The position numbers and the translations under genes were made by a program. From Macrostomum lignano (Eukaryota): 64,000 nt of DNA. The DNA lies in NCBI GenBank assembly GCA_002269645.1, contig NIVC01000010.1:434001-498000 (forward strand), given 5' to 3'. Below, piece by piece: positions 1 through 12,112 of this stretch (its first letter is position 1; every line of letters begins with the position of its first letter). The notes beneath the pieces are model-generated. The model was not told the origin of the DNA and did not search any database. It saw only the letters and a program-made list of their open reading frames with translations.

Positions 1-3000
1 CTACGTGCGGACCGCAACCGGCACAGACAGCACCACAGCGCGAGAGGGGGAGGCCTGGTGACCATCATCAGACACGGGCTGCGGTTCGAAAGGATTCAGA
101 CGCCAGTGACCAACTCGCCGCTGGAAATGCTAGGCGTCAGGCTATACTTTGAAGCAAACAGCGGGCAAGGTCTGGAACAACTGCTGCTGATCAACATCTA
201 CATCCCGCCCTAAGCCACCTGCAACATGGCAGCAGCCGAGCTGGCGCAAATCCCAGGCGGCGAGAACCTGCTCTTGGCCGGCGACTGGAACGCACACCAT
301 GAGCTGTGGGACAACAACTCCCCCAGAGACAGGCGAGGCGAGGGGCTCGCCGACTGGATGGACGAGCAGATGTTAACGGCGCTGAACGATGGATCCACCA
401 CCCGAACCAGCTGGGACGGCGAACACAGGTCTTCGCCGGACGTGACCATAGTCCCGCAAGCGGAGCTAGACCAGTGGGAATGGCGGACAGCAAACAGGCT
501 AAGCTCCGACCACCTGCCGATCATCATCAGCCGCAGGGCAGAGAACGCAGACCCGGACCCCACCACCAGGAAAATCATGCGCTGGAACTGGAAGAAGGTG
601 GACTGGCCGCTGTACCAGCGACTGGTCAGTGAGAATCTAAAGAGCGCGAACCTTATGGCTCTCAGCAGCTCGGAGCATGAGGAACAGCTGCGAACGTGCC
701 TGATGAAGGCGGCCCGCACGGCGGTGGGCATGGTGGCCAGGAAAACCAGGAACGCTGAGTTCATCGACGAGGAAGTCCAGCTCCTGACGGCGGAGAGAGA
801 CAACATTAGAATGAGTGAGGGTATCGAGTCTGAGGACTGGAAGCACCTGGACCGGCAGATCAAGCAGAAACAGCAGGAGAATAAGAGGGAAAGATGGAGA
901 GACAAGCTGGACAGCAATGCGACGACGGACAAGATGTGGTCGCTGCTGAAGCAACTGAACGGCGCGTCGCCCCCCCAGAGCGGGGACCAGATCCTTGAAT
1001 ATGAAGGCAAAAGGTACAAGTCGAACAGAGCCAAGGCCAACATCATTGCGAAAGTATACGCCAAGGTCAGCGCCACCACCGTTAGGGCCAGTCACAGATG
1101 GGCACGCAGAGAAATTAACGCCCGGCTGAGACAAAGCGCCGCTACCCCCACCACCGAGGACTGTCAAGCCATGACCATGGACGAACTGCTAGCAGCGCTG
1201 CAAAGCATGGACGCCAACAGAGCCGCCGGAATGGACGGACTGCACCCGAAGCTGCTGAAGGCGCTCCCCCGAGAAGCGCTCCAAGAGGTCCTGAAGCTGT
1301 TTAACCGGTTGTATGACTGCGGCTTCACGCCGCAGAACTGGCGCACGGCCCGCATCATTCCTCTGCTTAAGAGCGGAAAGCCCGCCAAGGACATAGGATC
1401 CTACCGCCCGGTTAGCCTAACCTCCAGCTTAGGTAAGTGGATGGAACGGGTGCTTGCGAACCGAATCAAGCACGTTCTGGAGTCCACCGGCGGTCTCAGC
1501 GAAGCGCAAGCGGGGTTCAGAGGGGGCAGGTCCACGGAGGATCAACTGCTCCGGCTGTCCCAATCGATTGACGACGCTTTCCAAGAGCGAAAACTAACAG
1601 TCCTGGCGCTGTTCGACTTTGCGCGCGCGTTCGACAAAGTTTGGCGCGACGGGCTGCTGATCAAACTGCTTAACGCTGGCATTGGCCCAAAAACGGTCAG
1701 ATGGATACAGAGCTGGCTAGCGAACAGGCTGGCGTGCGTCCGGGTCGGCGACGTGGACAGCAAGCGGGAACTTTTCCAGCAAGGGCTGCCGCAGGGATCC
1801 GTGCTTTCGCCGCTGCTCTTCATCGTCTTCATCGATGACCTTCTCAGGCAACTTGACGCTATCCCGGACCTGCAGGTGAGCGGCTATGCGGACGATCTAG
1901 CCACCTGGACCAGCAGCAGAAGAGTAGCGGAGGCCTTATCCACCCAGCAGAAGGCGGTCGACACCCTGGAAGCTTGGAGCAAAGCATGGCTGCTACCGGT
2001 TGCCACGGGGAAATGCTCGCTCACCCTCTTCTCCAGCGATCCGGCGATGACCCCGCAGAGGGCCGGTGCCACGAACGTTGTGCTTCAAGGGCAGACGATG
2101 CAATGGGTTGAGCAGCCCAAGTTCCTCGGGCTCACGTTTGACAGACAGCTGAGGTTCACAGCGCACGCTGACAATGTGATCCACAGCTGCCGGAACCGCC
2201 TCAACCTAATGCGGCGCCTCGCGGGCAGCTCCTGGGGCTGGCAGGCCGAGCTGATCCGCAACACCTACGTTGCCCTCATCCGGAGCAAGATGCTGTATGG
2301 GGCCTGCGCCTGGATGCCGTGGCTCACTTGCGCGGCCTGGCGCAAGCTCGAAGTGTTGCAACACAGCGCGGAGCGCATCATTACCGGCGCGGTCGCCACC
2401 ACCCCGGTTGAGGCCCTACGCTGCGAAAGCGGGATGATGTCGATCCGGGAGCAGAGCGAGGTGATATGGAGCGCAAAACTGGACCGATGGCTCAGGCTCG
2501 AGCACAGCTCGCCAAGATACCGCCTCGGCACCCAGCAGACCCGGCAAAGGCTGAAGAGGCTGGGCTGGAGAGCCCAGGGCAGGAAGGGTCTCGCCAACAC
2601 CGGTCTAGCAGAGGTGGCCAGGCTCGAGGACATGTCGGACCTCCCCCCGTGGCAGAGTTGGAGAGATAACATCAGCTTCCTCGTCTCCACCGACGATGCC
2701 AGGAAAGAGTCGCGCGCCGGAAACCTTGAGATGGCCCAAGCGAAGATCAACCAGGCCAGCCCAGACCCGGACATCACTATCTTCACGGACGGATCGGTGC
2801 GGAGGGAGGGCGGCGGCAGCGGTGCGGTCATCTATCGGAGCGGGCGTCTAACAGGAGAGCAGGTCGGGGATCAGATCAGCCTCCGGAGGGCAGCCGGGCA
2901 GCCGGCCTCCTCGCTGCAAGCCGAGCTCACCGCCCTAGAGCTAGCGGTGGAATGGCTCAGCGAGCAGCCGGCGTGGAGAACAACGCTAATCGCATCCGAC

Positions 3001-3672
3001 AGCAAGAGTGGGCTCCTCGCAGTGCAGGGCCGAGGCCGCAATCCGATCGCGACAAAGATCCGCCAGCTGCTCTCGAGGACCTGCCAGACCGGACGAGAGA
3101 TTGCGCTCTGCTGGACGCCGGCCCACTGCGGTCTGGAAGGCAACGAGGCCGCGGACGAAGTGGCCGATGGCGCGACGGCGCTGCCGCAGGCGGAGGCCGG
3201 AGTGCTGGCGAGCGTTGTCCGCAGACGGCTGGAAGCCGTGGCGAAGGCGACAAGCCAGAACAGCAGGCACTGGTCGCACGAAAGATCGAAAGACACCTAT
3301 GGCCACCTCGGTACGGCCAGGCACCCAGCCTACAAGAACAGGGCGGAGGCGGTTAGCTTTATTCGATTCCGCACGGGCCACTCGCTGGAGCTGAGGGCCT
3401 ACTGCCGGCGGATAGGCAGAACCACCGACGCAATGTGCCCGGCGTGCGGGACCGAAGAAGAAACGGTCGAACATGTGAGCAGTCAGTGCCCGGCCACGGA
3501 GATCAGGCGAAGGCTGGATGGGCCCACGGAGCTGCACCACCTCAACGAGCATCCAGAGGAGGCGCTCCGGTACTGGGCCTGGTACCGTACCAAGTGGAAA
3601 GAGAACGATGCAAACTAGGATGTTCGCGCCTTCAGCGCAAACAACAACAACAACAGCAGCAGCAGCAGCAGC
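1..3672 (+). mobile_element. I-group (Ingi/Nimb/Tad1-like) non-LTR retrotransposon, 5' end outside window
   Basis: Frame 1 encodes APE endonuclease motifs (RGGGLVTII, NIYIPP, GDWNAHH, SPDVT, SDHLP), RT (YRPVSL, QAGFR, FDFARAFDKV, GLPQGSVLSP, YADD, PKFLG), RNase H (FTDGS, QAEL, SDS, WTPAHCGLEGNEAAD) and a CCHC knuckle (CPACG..EHV..C). A (CAA)n(CAG)n tail follows at 3638-3672. Confidence 0.95.
226..3618 (+). CDS. LINE ORF2 polyprotein (partial APE, RT, RNase H, CCHC)
   Basis: 1130-aa ORF. The same frame is open from position 1 except for a single TAA at 211-213, so the true ORF starts upstream. Confidence 0.9.
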   Translation: MAAAELAQIPGGENLLLAGDWNAHHELWDNNSPRDRRGEGLADWMDEQMLTALNDGSTTRTSWDGEHRSSPDVTIVPQAELDQWEWRTANRLSSDHLPIIISRRAENADPDPTTRKIMRWNWKKVDWPLYQRLVSENLKSANLMALSSSEHEEQLRTCLMKAARTAVGMVARKTRNAEFIDEEVQLLTAERDNIRMSEGIESEDWKHLDRQIKQKQQENKRERWRDKLDSNATTDKMWSLLKQLNGASPPQSGDQILEYEGKRYKSNRAKANIIAKVYAKVSATTVRASHRWARREINARLRQSAATPTTEDCQAMTMDELLAALQSMDANRAAGMDGLHPKLLKALPREALQEVLKLFNRLYDCGFTPQNWRTARIIPLLKSGKPAKDIGSYRPVSLTSSLGKWMERVLANRIKHVLESTGGLSEAQAGFRGGRSTEDQLLRLSQSIDDAFQERKLTVLALFDFARAFDKVWRDGLLIKLLNAGIGPKTVRWIQSWLANRLACVRVGDVDSKRELFQQGLPQGSVLSPLLFIVFIDDLLRQLDAIPDLQVSGYADDLATWTSSRRVAEALSTQQKAVDTLEAWSKAWLLPVATGKCSLTLFSSDPAMTPQRAGATNVVLQGQTMQWVEQPKFLGLTFDRQLRFTAHADNVIHSCRNRLNLMRRLAGSSWGWQAELIRNTYVALIRSKMLYGACAWMPWLTCAAWRKLEVLQHSAERIITGAVATTPVEALRCESGMMSIREQSEVIWSAKLDRWLRLEHSSPRYRLGTQQTRQRLKRLGWRAQGRKGLANTGLAEVARLEDMSDLPPWQSWRDNISFLVSTDDARKESRAGNLEMAQAKINQASPDPDITIFTDGSVRREGGGSGAVIYRSGRLTGEQVGDQISLRRAAGQPASSLQAELTALELAVEWLSEQPAWRTTLIASDSKSGLLAVQGRGRNPIATKIRQLLSRTCQTGREIALCWTPAHCGLEGNEAADEVADGATALPQAEAGVLASVVRRRLEAVAKATSQNSRHWSHERSKDTYGHLGTARHPAYKNRAEAVSFIRFRTGHSLELRAYCRRIGRTTDAMCPACGTEEETVEHVSSQCPATEIRRRLDGPTELHHLNEHPEEALRYWAWYRTKWKENDAN

Positions 3673-3791
3673 ATTGATCGTCAAGAATGAATCTAAATGT
3701 TTTTGTTAAAATACCGGCTTTTTAATATGTGGTTTGCTCGTAGAGTGAGGCTTCTCTATATGCATGCTCTACATGTAGTAGTTGACTCGCG

Positions 3792-5845
3792 TTAAATAGC
3801 CTTCAGAGCCATCTTGTAAGCAACCTCTTTGCGAGCTCTGTCAGCTCTGCATCTCTTTTTTTTATAGCTGTTGCCCTCAGTATCACACTGCTTTATCTTA
3901 AACAATAGGTGACTGCCAGCTTTCTCGCTAGATATTTGGCTACTCTCAAGTTTTACCTGCTTTCCTGTTTCAGCAGTTTGCTTTCCTCTACTTTTGCAGA
4001 GCGGGGCGTGAGAGCAAACTGAAGGCTTTAGAACGCTGTCAACAGTCCATTTTCTATCCTCCATCATGCCACTCTCTGTGGTTTTTGCTTTCTATTCGTT
4101 TTTTGGATATCCAAAAGACGCCTGTAAATCAACAGTGGTGCAATAGGATTTATCCGTTCAATGGACCTATCAAAAGCAGTGCTAGCGGTTTGGTCAAACA
4201 AAACAGGTAAGAAGCCTGACAGTTTAAATTTTCGCCTACGGACCTTTCGCTGCCCCTCAGGCTTTGATAACAAAAAAAATTAAGCCAGAAGAACGCACTT
4301 ACTTAGACCTGGAGCTGGCACCTCTGCACTGGGGGGCTAGGGAGGCCAAAAAGCCCTGCAACCCACCACCCCAACCACAGACCTTCCAGGAGGTCCTGCC
4401 CTGCGCCAGCCAATCAAAACGCGTGAGGGGGAAGAGAACTGAAAAAGCTGCCTGGTCCAACCAATCGGCTCTCAGCAGCTCTTGTACCATTTTTTCCAGA
4501 CCCTTGTACAATCCTAGAACCGTCTTTTTCGTTAGGCGGCTCGCATCCATGCGTAGTACATGTCCGATGCGGATCAGGTGGCTTTTTTCAATCTTAGTTT
4601 GGATTGTCGTTACTTCTAGCTCATTGCGAATGTCCTGCATGTTCACCCCTTTTGCCTCCATCTCCCTTAGTGGTTCCATTTTTTTGCTGCACCATATCTG
4701 ACGGTAGATCCGGTCCATGAAGCTTTGTAGTTGCTTCGTTTCTGACTTTAGGAATGGGCGTATGTTCGCGTGAAATAGCAAGATGCTTTCTATACAGGCT
4801 TCGACTACTTTCGCTTGCGTGGTCTTTTTCAACCTGCACTTGATGAATCGTCTACGGATCGTCGACCAGCTTTTCGCCGCTTTTAGCAGTCTCTGGCTCG
4901 TGTCGTACTTCGTGTCCGTCCATGATCCTAGCATGCGTATTTTCCCTCCCTCTCTGGTTCTGAATGTCATTTCCTCTTGCTTTTTGTTGTTCGTTTGTTC
5001 CTCGAATCTTGCCATTACGTCTTTCGTCGACTCCAGGCCCGCGTTGAGTTCATTGCGGTTGCCTAGGATGGTGGTGTCGTCCGCAAATAGAACTGTTCTG
5101 ATTAATTCAGTTTTGGTTTCCGAGTTTGGTTGGTTCCTTCTCTGAGGTGGTAGTGAGCTCCCTGGGAGGTATGTCCATTCGATCCCACATATCTGCTCTT
5201 TCTCCTTTGCTGTTTGTGCTCTTTTCTCCTCAACTTCCCTAATGCATGCTTGGTGAAAGATGTTAAATAGAACTGGGGATGTCGGGCATCCTTCACGTAG
5301 TCCTCTTTCTGGCAACCACGATTCACTGGATTGTTTCTTTCCTTTTACTTTGTACTCTGTATATTCGTGAAGGTCCTTCAGTTTGTCAATCATTTTTCCG
5401 GCAGGGCGTACTTCTGCAATATTCCCCATAGTATCGGTTTGCTGACTCTGGGGTATGCTTTCCGGAGGTCTAAGAGAAATGCCAGTTGGTCTTCTTCTAG
5501 GTTGCAGTTTCCTTCGGCGTTTTTTGCTTGGCGGTATTCTGTTATGTCTTCTTGTATCCGGATGATTATTTGGGTGCTGTCTGCCGTTGATCGGTTGGCT
5601 CTAAAACCATTCTGATTGTCGTCTAGCACCCCGATGCGTTCTGCCCAGTCCCGTAACCTTGAGGCGATGATTCTTGCCAATATGCGACTTAGCATCGGCA
5701 GGAGACAGACTCCTCGGTAATTGTTAAGGTCGGTCCTGTCTCCCTTTTTGAAAAGCGGTTTGATAAGGCCTATCTTCTCACTGGCTTCCCAGTGCCACGC
5801 TCGGTGGTCGTATAGATACCGGATCCTTTCCCGGACAGCTTCCTT
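3792..5845 (-). mobile_element. 5'-truncated, frameshifted RTE-like non-LTR retrotransposon (RT region)
   Basis: Motifs NYRGVCLL, QNGFR, LDLRKAYPRV (ORF 5390-6856) continue as GLREGCPTSPVLFN, LFADD, RMLGSW (ORF 4299-5429) across a frameshift in the T5 run at 5393-5397. The 3' part is broken into short ORFs. Confidence 0.88.
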
Positions 5846-5868
5846 ATTATTTATACAACTACGATTAT

Positions 5869-5949
5869 TATCACCATCATCATCACCATCATCATCATCA
5901 ACATCATCACCATCATCATCATCAACATCATCACCATCATCATCATCAA

Positions 5950-5984
<35 letters not shown>

Positions 5985-6337
5985 ACATCATCAATATCAT
6001 CATTAACATCAGCAACATCATCATTACCATCACCATCACCATCATCATCACCATCATCATCATCATCATCATCATCACCATCATCAACATCATCATCAAC
6101 ATCATCAATATCATCATCATCACCATCATCATCACCATCATCACCATCATCATCACCATCATCATCATCACCATCATCCCCATCATCATCATCATCATCA
6201 TCAACATCATCATCATCATCATCATCAACATCATCAATATCATTATTAACATCACCATCATCACCATCATCACCATCATCATCATCATCATCATCATCAA
6301 CATCATCAATATCATTATTAACATCACCATCATCACC

Positions 6338-6368
<31 letters not shown>

Positions 6369-6683
6369 ACATCATCAATATCATTATTAACATCACCATC
6401 ATCACCATCATCATCATTACCACCATCATCACCACCATCATAATCACCATAATCATCATCATCATCATCAACATCATCAACATCATCAACATCATCATCA
6501 ACATCATCAACATCATCATCATCATCATCATCAACATCATCAACATCATCATTACCATCATCATCACCATCATCACCACCATCATCACCATCATCATCAT
6601 CATCATCACAATCATCATCATCACCATCATCACCATCATCATCACCATCATCACCATTATCATCATCACCATCATCATCATCA
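5869..6683. repeat. Degenerate (ATC/ACC/AAC)n trinucleotide array
   Basis: About 815 bp of catcat/caccat/caacat units; source of the poly-D, poly-S and poly-M ORFs. Confidence 0.95.
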
Positions 6684-6763
6684 TAGGAAGCTTCGGCTTT
6701 GTCGTCGCATTCTACTGCTGGATAATTGCTCTTAGCCGTGACTCCCAGCTGACGAAGAAGTTC

Positions 6764-6764
<1 letters not shown>

Positions 6765-6830
<66 letters not shown>
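6765..6830. repeat. (CTG)n microsatellite, about 22 units
   Basis: Pure ctg run. Confidence 0.95.
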
Positions 6831-7327
6831 ATGGCTGTATTGTGCCAGCAGTTCAACAGAGTCGTTCAAAATTAGCCGCCATTCGCTGTCAGTCAACAAT
6901 TTTTCTGGCTTTTTAGCGCGGTGCTCCGGGGCATCAAGCTTGTAGTGGAAGTCGTGCATCTACGAGCGTAATTCATGTGAATGCAATGTTCAAAAATTGC
7001 ATTCGACAGGTCTTTTGACACTCGCATCTAGATACCAATGTAAGGGCAATGCAGATCGGGGTCATACTCGACATACTGTTCAATGTAGCGGATGCATTTG
7101 ATCATCGCCTCGGCACGATTCCGCACTTTGCCAATGCTTGTGCTAATCGGCAGACAGCTGTGTCAGGCAGTACCTGAAGTTGCCGTGATGTTTACGCTGT
7201 CTTGCGGAGAATGTCTTCTCGGACAAGCTCCTGTACCTCGGCAGCAGTTGCCGCTTTAGCGTATCAATACGCAGTGTCGCATATGCCCAACCGTCAATTG
7301 GGCATGCCCTGGCCGTCGGCTTTCCAG

Positions 7328-7329
<2 letters not shown>

Positions 7330-7416
<87 letters not shown>
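7330..7416. repeat. (CT)n microsatellite, probable (GA)n 3' tail of the adjacent minus-strand LINE
   Basis: Pure ct run starting about 45 nt after the stop codon of the LINE fragment. Confidence 0.9.
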
Positions 7417-7419
<3 letters not shown>

Positions 7420-7439
7420 CCGCGCGTCCCGAGGTCAGC

Positions 7440-8460
7440 TATGCTGCGAGGGACGGGAGCGCTAGATGCGCCCCAGCCTGCGAAGGAGGTCGGTAATCGC
7501 TCTCGCGTCCGCCAGAAGGGCATCTTGCTCGCCGGGGCGGGCCGCGAAACCTCTTGGACAGTCATACAGGATGTGTTGCTCGGTGTCACGTGCTCCGCAG
7601 TCCGGACACATGTCGCAGTCGGACAGGCCGAGCCGGAATCTGGTGGCGGCGGCCAGGTTGCTGCAGCCGGCACGGAGCTGGTTAACCAGGACCTCCAGTC
7701 TCCTCGGGAGGCCTGGTAGTCTTGGCGCTGTTGCTGCGCTGGCCCGCCAAGATACTGTGTAAGGCTGCCTGGGAGTCGGTAAAGATGTCGATACTTTGGT
7801 GTTCTCTGGTGTTCTGAATGGCCAGCAGGATGGCTTGTAGTTCTGCCTGGGTGCTGCTGCAGATGTTCCCTGCTGCGCTGGTGACGACCCGGCCCCAGGA
7901 TGGGGTGATGATCACCGCTGCACTGGTGCCGTCCGAGGTGCCGCCGGCGGCCGAGCCGTTGGTCCAGGCGCTAGCCGGGTGGGAGTCGCGCTCCTCAAGG
8001 TACCTCAGTGCTGTCGCACTGCGGAGGCTCCGGGGCTCCGCACTGCGGCTGCACTGCGTTGCCAGATTGAGGTCGAAGGTGAAGGCTTCATGGGTCAGCC
8101 ATGGTGGCTGTGACTGCGGTGCGGGCTCCCTAGTAGAGCCGTTAAGTAGTCCATGCCGGTCGAGCTCTTGGCTAACGCGGCGCCAGCAGGCACGGTGCTC
8201 TCGCTGGTAGTCAAGGAGGACGGTGACGGTGTCCTTTGGATCTCTCGGTAGTCTCTGGTGGCTCTCAAAGGCTCGGTTTTTTAGTCGCGGCCGGGTGTCC
8301 TTGATGGCGACCTGGAGTGCAGGTGTATCCTGCAGGAGGCACAGGATTCTTTCTCTGAGTGTCGCGCTGCACTGGAGCACCAGGAGCTGGAGCTTTCCAG
8401 ACTGCTGTTGTTTTTGCTTATTCGGGGTTGGGTCTGACCGTCGCAGGGATGCCTGAGCAC
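7440..8460 (-). mobile_element. Degenerate I-group LINE 3' fragment (RNase H + CCHC)
   Basis: WTNGS..SSTQAELQAI..IFTDSQAAL is RNase H with the first Asp changed to Asn and the WxPxH motif missing. After a frameshift the sequence reads CPDCGARDTEQHILYDCP. Confidence 0.85.
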
Positions 8461-9299
8461 ACGTGAGTCGGACATTGTGCTCTTATATCAATATTTTGGA
8501 ATAAAATATTGGTGCTAAACTATTCTTCGTGAAAAGGTATTAACTACACTGTGGTGACATTTAAAAAAAAGTCCTCTCAATGACACTCTAGCTGCTCGTG
8601 TGGACACCTGTGGCAGCTGTTGAGGCTGACGATGCTAAGCGCTTCAGCAGCGGATGCCCTTGAGCTGGCGATGCTGGCGCTGACATCCTCATCGTCGGCG
8701 TCAGCGGCGGCGGCGGTTGATGGTGAATGGAACAATGACGACTCAGCGCTGCGCCTCTTGGGGACCGTCGACGGCGCCGTAGCATCATGCAGGCTCAAAT
8801 CTTCAAAAACGCCGGTGACCTCGTCAACGACATCAGCAGCGGTTGCGCTTCCGCTTCTTCTTGGATAAGTGCTGCATACTGGAGGCGTTATATACTCGTA
8901 TTCAGGAAAAGTGCTGCTAAGTTAGGGACGGGTTGTTTTTGTTAAAAAGCCGAGACCTTAGGATATACCATGCTCGCCAATTTTAGCATCAATTTTACGC
9001 CTCTATTGGCTTCTATTATGGGGGTTGGTTTTCGATGCTCTGTATTGGCCGATGACAAGGTCACTTGTATACTGTCTAGGGTCATCCCCCGTTTATATTT
9101 AGCTCGTTGGTATCGAAATAGAAAGCATGGGGGATAGCCCGCTAACGAAGGCAGAATGCAAGTCAGTCAGCCAGCCAGCCAATTCTTCAATCTATGGTTA
9201 GTAAAGTTAGCTATTCTCTTGCTTGCGAGTTTTGATCATTTCACGCATTTCACCCAGTCTCTCTGCTTGGTTTGATTGTTTCTACGTTTAATTGGATTG

Positions 9300-10620
9300 G
9301 ATGGTCACATCACCTTAGTGACTGGTGATGTGACCTCTACTGGTGTTATGACCTCTACTGGTGTTTTGACCTTAGGAACTGGTGATGTGACCTTGGGGAC
9401 TGGTGATGTGACCTTGGGGACTGGTGATGTGACCTCTACTGGTGTTATGACCTCTACTGGTGTTTTGACCTTAGGAACTGGTGATGTGACCTTGGGGACT
9501 GGTGATGTGACCTTGGGGACTGGTGATGTGACCCGACTGACTGGTGATGTGACCACGTTGACTGGTGATGTGACCGCGTTGACTGGTGATGTGACCTTGG
9601 TGACTGGTGATGTGACCTTGGTGACTGGTAATGTGACCTTGGTGACTGGTGATGTGACCCGACTGATTAGTGATGTGACCGTGGTGACTGGTGATGTGAC
9701 CACGTTGATTGGTGATGTGACCCGACTGACTGGTGATGTGACCCGACTGACTGGTGATGTGACCGTGTTGACTGGTGATGTGACCCGACTGACTGGTGAT
9801 GTGACCCGACTAACTGGTGATGTGACCCGACTGACTGGTGATGTGACCCGACTGACTGGTGATGTGACCGTGTTGACTGGTGATGTGACCCGACTGACTG
9901 GTGATGTGACCCGACTAACTGGTGATGTGACCCGACTGACTGTTGATGTGACCGTGGTGACTGGTGATGTGACCACGTTGATTGGTGATGTGACCACGTT
10001 GATTGGTGATGTGACCCGACTGACTGGTGATGTGACCCGACTGACTGGTGATGTGACCCGACTGACTGTTGATGTGACCGTGTTGACTGGTGATGTGACC
10101 CGACTGACTGGTGATGTGACTCGACTAACTGGTGATGTGACCCGACTGACTGGTGATTTGACCCGACTGACTGGTGATATGACCCGACTGACTGGTGATG
10201 TGAACGTGTTGACTGGTGAAGTGACCCGACTGACTGGTGATGTGACCCTGTTGACTGGTGAAGTGACCCCGTTGACTGGTGATGTGACCTTAGTGACTGG
10301 TGATGTGACATCTACTGGTGATGTGACCTTGGTGACTGGTGATGTGACCTTGGTGACTGGTGATGTGACCTTGGTGACTGGTGATGTGACCTTGGTGACT
10401 GGTGATGTGACCTTGGTGACTGGTGATGTGACCTTGGGGACTGGTGATGTGACCTTGGTGACTGGTGATGTGACCTTGGGGACTGGTGATGTGACCTTGG
10501 TGACTGGTGATGTTACCTTGGGGACTGGTGATGTGACCTTGGTGACTGGTGATGTGACCGCGTTGACTGGTGATGTGACCTCTACTGGTGTTTTGACCGC
10601 TAAGACTGGTGATTTGACCT
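9300..10620. repeat. 21-bp (and 18-bp variant) minisatellite ACTGGTGATGTGACC+6 nt, about 60 units
   Basis: Constant 15-nt core with a variable last hexamer (ttggtg, cgactg, acgttg, gtgttg); gives stop-free heptad ORFs on both strands. Confidence 0.95.
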
Positions 10621-10662
10621 CAACTACCGATGAAAAGCAGTTGCGCTAAATGAATTCAGCTA

Positions 10663-11468
<806 letters not shown>

Positions 11469-11667
11469 AAATTTCTCTGTGTTAAAATTATTTTGACTTA
11501 GAAAATTTTCGCGCTGAAAAAAAACTTTTTTTCTTCTGGGGATGCTTGCTTTCTGGGTGATGATTGCTGCTGTCTAGCTCTGGTGGATTGTAGAGATGAG
11601 CGGAGAGTGAAGAGAAGCGAGAGTAGAATTGATAGAGGATAGAGATGGAAGAGTTGAGATAAGAAAT

Positions 11668-12090
11668 TTGGGGGATGCTATCTATTTGGGGGATGCTATC
11701 TATCTTGGGGATGCTTGCTATCTGGGGGGATGCTTGCTATCTGGGGGATGCTATCTATCTGGGGGATGCTATCTATCTGGGGGATGCTTGCTATCTGGGG
11801 GGATGCTTGCTATCTGGGGGATGCTATCTATCTGGGGGATGCTTTCTATCTGGGGGATGCTATCTATCTGGGGGATGCTATCTATCTGGGGGATGCTATC
11901 TATCTGGGGGATGCTATCTATCTGGGGGATGCTATCTATCTGGGGGATGCTATCTATCTGGGGGATGCTATCTATCTGGGGGATGCTTGCTATCTGGGGG
12001 GATGCTTGCTATCTGGGGGATGCTTGCTATCTGGGGGATGCTTGCTATCTGGGGGGATGCTTGCTATCTGGGGGATGCCTGCTGTCTGGG
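11668..12090. repeat. 18-bp G-rich minisatellite GGGGGATGC(TTG/TAT)CTATCT, copy 1
   Basis: Tandem units produce the GDACYL/GDAIYL ORFs; same family as 35370-35800. Confidence 0.95.
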
Positions 12091-12112
12091 AGATGAATCA
12101 TCTTCATACTAA

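Noticed and set aside
4275-4490. Possible foreign insert interrupting the RTE-like ORF
   Set aside because: Protein similarity seems to break here, but there is no TSD or recognisable ends; it cannot be separated from ordinary decay.
5390-6856. 488-aa Asp-rich ORF and its poly-Ser/poly-Met counterparts
   Set aside because: Read-through of the ATC array into an RT fragment; not a coherent protein.
6732-7320. Fragments such as YIEQYVEYDPDL (RGS7 GGL-like) and a polyQ ORF
   Set aside because: Short match amid stops and frameshifts, with no consistent splice structure.
8577-8870. GC-rich low-complexity ORFs, possible terminal exon on the minus strand
   Set aside because: No recognisable domain and no partner exons found.
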